25,935 bases of DNA from a virus. Its lineage: Duplodnaviria; Caudoviricetes. Below are positions 1 through 12,000 of the stretch, piece by piece; positions within the stretch are counted from its first letter, which is position 1; each line of letters opens with the position of its first letter. The notes under the pieces were generated by a model that did not search any database, was not told where the DNA came from, and saw only the letters and a list, made by a program, of their open reading frames with translations. The translations under genes and the position numbers were made by a program. The stretch is from IMG/VR virus record IMGVR_UViG_3300020470_000186, positions 1-25,935 of that record. One strand, 5' to 3'.

Positions 1-3000
1 AGTTTGAGTACCAGAAATTGTAGATGGTCTGAACCAACCTTCAATTGTGTAATCATCAGTACCAAAAGCAACCTTATCACTGGATGGATATAGTAAGTTA
101 GTAGCAGTTCCACTAAATGCTAGTGATCCAGTACCAGTTCTAAAGATTAATGAGTCAGCAGTAACACTAGAGTTAGTGATCTTAGAGTTAGTGATATATT
201 CATCAACAGTAAAGGTACCAGTAACATCCTTAGAATAGATCCACTTGTTACCAGCATTAGATCCAATAACATCGAATGATGCACCAGAATCTACACCCTT
301 AACGTTATCTTCGAATACGAAGAATCCACCAGAAGACTTATCCTTATAAGCGTGCTTAGTACAACGAATTGTCTCCTCTTGGAAAGCATAAGGAGGTTCA
401 ACACGAGTTACATTACCAATAGACCATTGATAAGTAGCAGGATCAGCGAATGAAGGATCTTCTAGAGTATCTGTAATTATGTTGATATAACTTGTAATTG
501 CAGATGCCTGGTTCATACATCCATTTGTATAACCAGACTTATTAGTAGATGGAACAGTACTTGTATAAGCAGCTTCAAATGTTGCAACGGTTCCAGGAGA
601 TGCAGTAGTACCAAGTCCAGCGATAATAATATCGCACAAAGTACCAATAGTTGATGCTACACCGTTACAAACAGGTGATCCAGTATCAGCAGTTATAGTA
701 TTATCAGTTACCTGAACCCAACCGTGTGAAGTATCTGCTTTAGCAACAGCAACATTCTTCATAATATCGAGTGCCATAGCCTTCGCTTTGGTATAAGCGT
801 CAACCATAGTATCGATATCACCAGTTACAGTACCATACTGTACAATTCTATGACCAGCTTCATAGATGAAATTGTTACCACCGTGAGCAGTGTTATATGC
901 TAATGCTTCAATAACATCTACTATATCAGATAAACAATGGACATCCCCACCAGTTACGGTATATCCTGGGTTCTGTTGCTTGGCATAGTATAAAGATTCG
1001 TGAGCAATATACCACTTATTAGCAAGAAGTAAAGATCTAGCGTCAGCGTGACTGTTATCTATAGGATCATACTCATTAGTAATAGTAGGATCTCTATATT
1101 GTTGTATTCCAGTGTATAGTGCAGTATGCACCTCATTACGGATACACTTGATCATTAGATCACGTGCAGCATTCATTGTATAGACAACTTGAGGTACTTC
1201 ACCATCAATATGGTAAACTACTCCATTTTGAACGTACTTGTATGCAGTATCCCAAACTTCAGAGTTACCATCATACTCTAACTGCCAAGCAATAACATTA
1301 CAGATATCAACGATGTCATCATAGCAATCTCTGTCGTGATTTAAACCAGGAACTGTAAATGAAGGATAGTAGTTCTTCATTATTCCTACTGCTTCCTCAG
1401 CAATGAATAAAGCATTCTTACGTAGAAGTAGAGCAGCATCATAGGAACGGTTATCGTGTACCGTTCTCATTGAAGAGTTAGCGAAATAAAGCTTCTTATT
1501 TCTAATTGAGTCGCCAACAACGAACTGTGAACCCTGTAGATTCTTATATCTAATCTCTTGGTTCCTTACTTCCTCAAAATCAAGGAAATCTTGGTTATTT
1601 GCTGTATCACTGTATAGTTCAGTTGGATTAACAACAGTTTCAGAGATATTATCAAGAATCTTATTCGGGAAGGTAATTGATGGTACTCTCTGGAATACTA
1701 GACCAAAGAAGAAGGATGGAGGTGATAAATCAACTGTATCAATAACTTGGTTAGTAGTATCGTCTGTATAAGGAGCAATACTCGTAATCCTTGCTGCAAT
1801 CTTAGAACGTGCAGAATATATGATATCGTTGAACTTAAGATCGAATTCACCAGTTTCAAATTCAGCAGTACCAGATGTACGTGAAACAACCAATTCGGTA
1901 GTTACAATACCATCTACTAAGTTACTTTCTTCAATAATTGCAAAATCAGGTATAGTATCAAGGTTTGTGATTGTTTCACCTTGTTCAAATATAGTATTAC
2001 TTGTTAATGGAGTTACAGCAGATAATACACCATCAAAACCAGTTGCAGAAGATAAAACATTGTCATTTATCTGGAATGAACCTTCTATATTAACAACATC
2101 AATAGAATCTACAAGTGAATCAATTACAATCGCTGTACCTTCATTCTGAAGACTACGTACAATCTTACCTGCAGGAGGGAATATACCACTAGTCTGACTA
2201 AAGGTATAACGAGTAATATTGATCTGACTAAAGACTACTTCACGGAATTTGATCCTCGAAGGTGCCTTAGGTGGTTCATCAAATACTATAGTAGGTCCAG
2301 AAGTTGTGAATGATACTCCAGGAGACTGTGCAATACCATTGATCAGAACCATCATCTGATCATCAGTTGCTGTGAGTGACTCACCCTCAACAGTTAGAGG
2401 GAACTGGGTTTTAATCCCATCAAAGTCCTGAGAGATATTATCTAATTTTTTAACAATAGAGGTTAGGATTTCCTCTGAGTTAGTTAATCTCTTCTGTCTG
2501 AATAACACCTCAGTATTATTAAACTGAGTGTATATTGGTTGAGAGTTAGCAAAAGAGGTAATTTGGTTTATATTAGTAGCACTAAAGATATTAACTTCCT
2601 TAACTAGGTCAGATACAACCTTTCTTCCTGAAATATCCTTACCACCAGTAAGAGCCAACTCACCAAACATATTGAAACCAGTTGGGTGGTTAGTTTCAAG
2701 AATTGACTTCCTCCAATTGTTAATAGGTGTCTGAGACTTAATAACGTAAGAGAAGTTCTGATAGAAGTAAGAGTCCTGAATCTTCTGTACAATTTCTGAT
2801 GGTTTACCAACGTCATCGATAAATTGACCAGTAGTTGTAGTTAAAGCATCAATATTTAAGGTACCTTTAGCGATTGATAGGTTATCAATCAAACCAGATG
2901 CACGAGAAACTTCACCAGTTACCCTTTCACCAACTTTCCAAACACCATCATAGTTCTCAAGTTTAAGAATTCTAGGTCCAATCTGCCAACCTTCATTCTG

Positions 3001-6000
3001 AGAAACATATCCTACAGCAGTTGCAGTTTCAATGAAACTTCCTTGATATACCTTCTCACCTTGTAAGAAACGAGAAGTTTCTACAACAGCAGTTGCTTTA
3101 CCACCAAATACCTCGGTGAGTAGTACCTGTCTACCTTCACCCTGTGTTAGGAAGGTAATGAAGTTACCAGATTCAGCATCAACAGGTGTCAATGCTATTC
3201 TTAATTGGTCTGGTTCTAGTGAATTTGCCTCACCAGCGATAGCATAGTAAGTAGTATTCTCACTTAAACTAATCAAACCTGCAGAACTTGGTTTTGGTAG
3301 GATACCAACGGTAGATCCTAGATCTTCTGCACGTAAGTTAACAGCAGCACCAGATGTAATACCGTGAGGGAAGTTAAACTGTAAATATCCTAAGTCAATG
3401 TTAACAACGTAGTTAAATTCTGATTTAAGGGTAACTGTTGGTTCAGAACTGTATCCTGCACCTGGTTCCTTAACTTGAATCTCAGAAAGACGATTATTCT
3501 TAACAATAGCAATAGCTTCAGCACCATAACCTCCTCCACCTTCGATTACAACACGAGGAATGCTAGTATATCCAGAACCTGGGTCAGTTATCTTGATTTC
3601 TGTCAGAATAGCGGTATTAAATAACTGAAGGTTCACAGGGAAAGTTATTTCAGGTCTCAGTGTATAATCGTGTGAGTAACCGAAACCAAACTCATTATTC
3701 TTAAGTTTCTTGATCTTACCAATAGATTTACCTTGTAAGAACACAGAAGCACCTGATCCTTCATCAGGAATGATGACATCTAATACTCCACCAGAACCTT
3801 GTAGTAATGAACCTAAGATTCCAGGAATACCATCAATATCAACAGATGCAGTAGTATATCCCTTACCAGCAGATACAAGTTCTACTCCAGTAATTACACC
3901 TTCTAATTCACCATCATCAGAAACTGTGATGTTACATAGAGCACCTTCACCGTCTCCATCAATAGGAACGTTATAATAGGTACCATTAATATACTCAGTA
4001 CCACCAGAAAGTATCTTAATCTTCTCAATTTCTCTGTTAGAGGCAATATCAGTAACGATTGGTAGTTTCTGATAGAATCCACCTGGGTTAACCAGTTTGA
4101 TAGATGATATAGGACCAACTGCTTTAACAGAAGTAGTAGAGTAAGATGCTCTTGGAATACCAGTTTCTGTATTACCTAATGGTGCAGTTGTGTTCTCTGG
4201 CTCACGAAGTAGTGGGAATCGGAATTCCTTCTCTGATGGTATACTAGAAATTGTAAATGTACCCTTATATGGAGTCTGAACAACGTCAATAAAGGAATCT
4301 ACACCAACTGGATTATCATTAACACCTGTTCTAGATGGGTCAAAGTAGTATGAAATGTTAGTTACAGCGTCTGTAACCAAGAATTTGACCAATGGAGTAG
4401 GTGAACTCTCGTCAGTTAGACCAGGAGTACCCTCTCTAATGATGTTTGTGAACGGATATTCTAGTTTATACTGATTATCCTTAGAGAAACTCAAGAAATA
4501 TCCTAAGTTTGAAGTGTCATCAAGGTCAAATACGTACTGATGACCTCTTACAAAGAGTAATTTAGGATGTTTTGCGTAAATATTGACACTAGCAATCACA
4601 CCTTGACTGAATACAGGGTCTTGAATCGCTGTAGATCTCAATCTATAGGTAAATTGCCTTGAACTGAACAATTCTTCAACAAAGAATGAACCGTTATACT
4701 CATTTGTAGAGAATCCTTCAACAAATATGATCTCATTCTTCTCAAAATTGTTCTTAGTAGTGGAATTAGCAAATACTAAGTCAGTATATGTTAATGCACC
4801 TGAAGGGATAATGTCCTTAGCAAGGTTAGCAGTTAAGGTAAACTCCTTAACACCGACTAAATTACCGAATGTTGCTATATTACCTGTTGCATCAACACTA
4901 AATGTCAATCCAACAGCGTCAGCATCGATGATATCACCCTTAATGTAGCTAGAATCTTCGTAAATATCCTCAATCTTGATAACATAATCAGATCCAGAGA
5001 ATTCCTTCCACCTAGCATATTGATCTAAAGTACCAGCACTATAAGAAGTATTGACTAAATCAACGTCAAATGTTCCAGCGACTCTAGTATATACCCAGTT
5101 TACGTTACCATCAGAGACAGTTCCTAGGTTATGAACAGGAGCACTAGCACCAGAAGTACCAGCACTAGATGCTGTATAGATCTTTCCATCGTTATATACC
5201 TCATCACCTATAACATATGCAGTATTTGTAGTCCACTGAGGAATAGTAGTTGTTACTGTAAAGATGTAAGCAATGTCATTTACATCATTTCCAGTGGATT
5301 TGATGAGATCTGTAGTATTGAATGTACCAATGATATTACCAATCTTACAATTATTAGTTCCAACTTCTACGATAGTACCATAAGCACTGATAACATCACT
5401 ACCACCAATTACTGAATACTGCTGTAAAATATCACCCTTAGTGAAAGTAGCAGGTTGATTGAAGGTAATTGTCTTAACAGCGTCAATACTTGTATATCTT
5501 GCATCTCTTAAGTAGAACTTAGGAATAACTGTTGTTGACAGCAATAGTTTCTTACCATTTGGAGTAGGAATGGTTGCTGTTCTAGTAGCATAAGGTTCAT
5601 CAGTAGAAGTGAACGTATATGTACCTTCAACGTTATTTGAAACAACATCAGCATAATCAAGGATTTGAATACCAGCAGGACCCAATACCCAATCATTTGA
5701 TGTAGTAGCAAGGGTATTAAAGGTGAAATCGTTGATGGCAGCGGCGTTTGTTACCTGGATACCTGTTTCTACGTTATTAAGAGTATAGGTTCCAAGTTTC
5801 GTTTGATCCTTATCAATCTTGTAAGTAAATGCGTGAGTTATCTTAGTACTACCAACTGCCTGAGCAGGAGTAAAGTTAGCATCATACTTAGCAACAGTGG
5901 ATATAGAAAGGTTATCTAACCATCCACCAATAGATGATACTGTGGCAGGAGTCTCTAAACCAAGAGCTAATGCCTTCTTAATTGCAGTATTAACTGTTGT

Positions 6001-9000
6001 ACTGGTATGTGATATCTCTTCATTACCGTTAATATAAACTTTAAAGGTGTAATTACCAACACCAAGATCCTGTTTAACGTATGCTACGTGTACAAATGCT
6101 TCTGCAGCAAATCTTGTCCAGTTAGTAGTTGAACTAGAGAAGAATGTGCTCGATCCAACGTCGAGACTCAACTTTCCAAAATTAGGACTTGTAGAATCAC
6201 CATCTACAACTAATACGGTAGCATCACCAGTATTAGGAACAATCTTGAATAAAGTTGGTTTGGAACCTTGTGCATTATACTGTGCCTGTCCAATAGCAAT
6301 ATATCCTTCAATTGTCCAACTTGTACCTTGATCAGCACCCCAATCAATTTCTAGAGCATTAGCTCCAGCAGTTGTGGTGACTGATTGTGATCCAAACTTA
6401 GCCTTGGACGCATCAATTGCTTCATTACCTGAACCTTTCCAAGCAATAGTAGCAGCATCATTATATGTGTCATCACCAGTAGTATCTGTCTCAAAGTTAA
6501 ACAATGAGATCTCATTTGCTTCTACCTTATTACCAACAATTATAGTATCAGCAGAACTATCATTAGTAATAGCAGTAGGATGGAATCCAATACCAGAAGT
6601 CTCTTTAATAGAAGCTGCTGTTATAACATTATCGGTATTCCAAGAAACCTTCCATACAATAATACGGTTATCATTAAATGCGTATCTAACATAAGCACCA
6701 ACATCAATATTACCAAATAGGTCGAATTTACATCCAACAGAATGAATTTCTTCAAATGCTACATTTGGAGCAAATATCTTCTGAGCAGCAGGTGTTTGTA
6801 AATTAGATGCTAAGAACTTCCAATATGCAACACCAGCAGTCTTACCAGTAGCTACAGTAGTAGCAGTAGCTGTAATGTATACAGTACCATAATCATCTAC
6901 GGTTAACTTAGGATTAGAGTACCTATAAGCAGTATTGGAGAATTTACGACTCCACTGGACTTCAATAGTAGCAGTATCATAGTAAGTTTCACCAAATACG
7001 ATATTACCAGCACCTGTTGGATCTTCTATACCAACAAATAGTGTTCTACCAAGTCCAATATATTTGATATCATTTAACCACTCATCACCAGCAGCAGAGG
7101 CAATCTTACGTTTTTCTTCTAAAGCACCATCAGTATTCAACAAACCAATCCACATATCACTTGGATTTGGAGAGTTTGTATCTGTAGTACCAGCAACATA
7201 GATGAATCCATCTTCATCTACCTGAACTGATGAAACATAATCTCTACGAGTAGATCCAGATATACCAGCAAGTTCTCTCTGCCATTTGATTACAGCAGTT
7301 GGATTGTTATTTCCATCAAATCCTGACTCAAACTTAGCAACAACAATATCTGGATTATATGCTAAAGATGCTGTATGAGGAATAGTCTCACCAACAACAT
7401 ATATTGTATGTGGATTTGTGTTAGCAACGTAAATGCTATTAAATATACACTTCTTATCACCTACAGATGGTTGGATAGGTTCCATCGTACGTGTCCACAG
7501 TAACCTTCCATCACTGTTGAACTTAGCAATTAAACCTGCAGAATCACCATCAACATCATCTGCTTCACCAACAACGTAGAAAGTACGATCCTCAGCGATG
7601 GCGACATCTTTAATTTTTGTTACAGAGTTATTCTCTTTCAAGAATGACAGTGCATATGCAGCTTTCTTATATCTTTGTGGGTGACTGACACGAATCTCTG
7701 GTGGATCATCCTTATCATAAGAAGAACCAGAGTTTATAATATTGACGGTATTTACAGCACCAGACTCTTCTCTTACGATGTCAAGTTTGAAATCTTGACC
7801 TGCACCACTAATAATCTCATAAGTTGGTGGAATATCCTCAGAATATCCTAATCCTTGCTGTAAAACATCAATCCTTTCAACACCAGCAACAACTTTTACC
7901 TTAAATGTCTTATTAGTTGCATCAATTTGAGGAATACTCTCAACAATAACCTCATCACCAGCTCTGAGATCGTGCTCATCAGTTGTTGTTATCTTACCGT
8001 AAGATACATCATTTTCTAATGTTGAACTGTAAGATAGGACTTCTATACCCTTAACTGACTCAACTTTAGCAGAAGCACCATATCCACCAGTGTCTGTATT
8101 GTCAAAATACAGTTTATCAGTAACTTTATAAGAAGTACCTGGGTTCTCAACAACAAATCCACTGACTTTAGCATCTTCAAACTTAGTAGTAGTCTCAATT
8201 TCAATATCAACCTGTGATCTAGTAGAGACTCTAGGGTAGTAATCAAATAACTGCAGTACGGGTTCTTCCGAGATATATGTTAACGCAATCAACTCTTCGG
8301 CATCTAATACACCATCTTTGTTTAAATCTTCAATTTCAAATACAAATTCTTCACCAAACTCAGTTACAAGAGTATCAGTTGCTTTGTTTGGTTGTCTTTC
8401 AACGTCAATATCAACATCCTCGAAAGGATCACGGAATCTAACAACACCTGATGGTATATTAGTCTGTATAGCATCCTGACTATAGTTCCACTTATCAGGT
8501 ACAGAGTAAAGTTGAGGACCACAAACATATGGGAATACAGGTAAACCTGCTTCAGATGCATCGATAGCAACGAAATAAGCGTATACACCTTCAGGATATT
8601 CTGGTGTCTTACAATATCTACCGTTATATTGGTCTAAATCACCATTCTGGAAGACATATTCATAGTCTTCAATGAAAGTACCAGCAGCATACTCACTTAA
8701 TAAAGGACCATCTGCACGAACTGGATTTGGGTTCGTTGCTTGGTCATATATTAATGCTAATTTAATTCTATATGATGATACTATCCTCTTAATACCAGAA
8801 GACTGATCATCTGCTTTAATATAACCATAAGGACCGTAAATTGGATTTCCATCAAATGCCCATCCTATAATTGGTGAATGTGCTAATCCAGACTCTAATT
8901 CTCTAAGATTGCCTGAACTAGGATCTCTGTATACGTTATCACCAAGAACAAATCTTAATTGCTTAGGATCAGATACGTGAGCATATTCACCACCATATTG

Positions 9001-12000
9001 GGTGTTATAACCAGCAAAGACGTATCCTCTAGCAGGGTCTAAGTTACCATCTAATTCTGTCTCTAGGTTCTTAGTCCACTCAAATACATTTGCAGTAAAT
9101 GTAGCAAGTTCACCAACTGCTTCTAATCTAATAGTAGTTGTACCTGTAGCATATCCAACACCACGGTTTTCAACGGAAACTGTAAGTACCTTACCTTTAT
9201 CTTCTCCAGTAGTACCAATAGTTGCTTTACCAACAGCACCATATCCTTCACCATTAATAATAACTCTTGGAGGTGAAGTATATCCATCACCAGAAGCAAT
9301 AACAGCGATTGAAACAATACGACCATTAATAACGATTGGTTGTGCTACAGCACCTTCACCAGAGTTTAGTTTGATTGTAGGTGAAGAAGTATAGGATTGT
9401 CCTGCATTAGTAACTGAAATACTCTTAATAGGACCACGTACAGCAGCAGTTGCAGTTGCACCAGTTCCATCACCACCAGATATAGAAACTAGTGGTTCAG
9501 AAGTATACTCTTGACCAGGATCTCCCACAAGGATCTTAGTTACTACACCGTTAGTAATAACAGCGGTAGCAGTAGCACCGAATCCACCACCACCCACGAT
9601 AGAAACAAGAGGACTGCTAGTATAACCAGTACCTCCTGAGGTGACATCGATTTCATATAGTGAACCATTAACTACAACAGAAGCAGCGGCACCAGATCCA
9701 CCACCACCTGTGATTTCAATAGCAGGAGTTGCAGCAGCGTCATATCCTTTACCAACGTTAGTAATATTGATACCTGTGACACCACCATACTTAATTTTGC
9801 TCTCAGACTTATAAGACCAAGCAGCAACACCATTAACCCAAGTACCTATAGGTCCAAATGCAGTAGGAGGACGTTCTGATACAGTGTCTACTACTCTTGG
9901 AATTCTACTTAATTTTCTTTGGTTACCTGGAATTAGGGCAGATCCTATGAAAGGTCCAACCTTATAGTTTGGTATACCAGTCGTTGCAACATAAGAATAG
10001 TCGTCATTGAAGAAAACATTCTGTATATTGGTAGTAAAGTCTTTTATAGTACCACTAATACTCTCAACATCAGACTTACCTCTGTTCAAGTCAACTGACA
10101 TCAAGATATTACCCTGTGGAGGGTTTGCTGAAGGAGCAGCTATCTGATATGAGAACGTAGTAGCATTAATACGTGATGTTACTTCAAACGTACCATTGAA
10201 GATCGTTGGGTTAGCACCATAGATGGTTACAGCGTCACCAACCAACAAACCGTGATTATTTGTAGTATATACGGTTGCTGTCTGGTTATTCAAACCACCT
10301 GGTTCAATATTATTAACTGAGATCAACTTCTTGACGTTGTACAGCCAAGATGTTACCTTTTTATCAGTAGTAGAAGAACCAAGCGATGCAACGTTTAGTT
10401 TATCACCAGCCAAGTAATAAGAACCAGTGTCAGACAGAACGGTTCCTGTTGCCTCAGCAATACCCAAAATACGAAGTTTTACTTCAGTATCAAGCCCTCG
10501 ATCAACATAGCAGAAGATATCTGAGTAAATCGTCGTACCACTATCCCAATCTTCAACAATATTGTTCTTAGAACGAGTACACTCAATAAACTGGTTTAAT
10601 GACTTCTCTTTATACTGTACATACTCACTATCTCCCATTATGATAAGACCATTTCTCTCTGGCCAACCAATAGTAGAGTCAACAGTGATAATTGAATCTG
10701 TTGAGTTAATTGGTTCTACAAGAGTGGTTTTATAAGGTATAGTAAATTTACCAAGTAAAGTTTCTTCAGATATTGATAATTCATAGATTGTACCAACACC
10801 AGTGTTGATAGCAATTACGTTTTCAACTAAGCAACTAGCATCCTTTACATTAGTATCTACAGCATCAGCATATTGGAATAACTGAGAGTCCTGGATGTTT
10901 CTAGAATCTCCACTAATGAGTTCAACACGAATAATCGTATCTACACTCCAAGTAGCAGCAGATGGAGTAATTAACTCATTTTTAGGGTAAGATACATCAA
11001 CTGTCTCAGAAAATAGGATTTTAAAGAGATATTCTGTAGCAGTCTTAGTACCTTTTGAGATATAGAAGTCCTTGATCGTCTTAATGATCTGAGGAGCATT
11101 TACCTTAGTATAATCAATTGGAGCATTAGGTAAAAACTGATTTACAAAACGCTGATACAGTTCCTTAGAGAATAAAGCATCTAAGTTAGTAATAGTAGTG
11201 TCTTTGGCGTGTGAAGACTGAATACTCTCAACTTCTTTAGTGTATATCTGATTTCCTCTCTGATCAAACTCAGTTACACCAGAAACACCCCTCTTACAGT
11301 CTCTAAACTGAGATGGTAGATAATCTTTACCTGGATTATGGATAGTAAATCCTGTTACCTCGCCAAATCCAACATCACAAGATGCTGCAGCGGATTTTGG
11401 TTCAGCAATAACAACTGTTGGAGGTTCAGTAGAAGAATATCCAGATCCAAAACTGGTTATGTTAATATCAGTAATCTCACCATTAAAGATGGTAGCAACA
11501 GCAGTTGCACCTACACCACCTATAGGATTACCTGAAAGATCCTTTCTATTATCAACAATATAGACAGAAGGAGGATCAGTATAACCTGTACCACCAAATA
11601 GTAATTCAATATCAACTAATTTACCACCACTTACCGATACATCAAGAATTTGAGCACCAACAGGGTCGATTATACGGCATCTAGGAGGAGTTGTATAACC
11701 TTTACCTGGAGCAATGAGTGTTACACCATTTACCCTACCATAAGCATCTATAGTCGCTTCAGCAGATGCCTGGATAGAATTAACAGCAGTAGGAGCTTCA
11801 ATCCAAACTGTAGGAGCAGTCTTATAATTTAAACCACCTGCAGTTACAGTAATAGAACCAGTTTCTACTGATCCTTCTCCATCAATAGTAGCATCGGATA
11901 TCTTTGCACCTGATGGGTTTGTAAATGAAATAGATGGAATAGTATCGTATCCAGAACCAGAAGAGGTTACATTTATTGCAGATACCTGACCAGTTGTATC

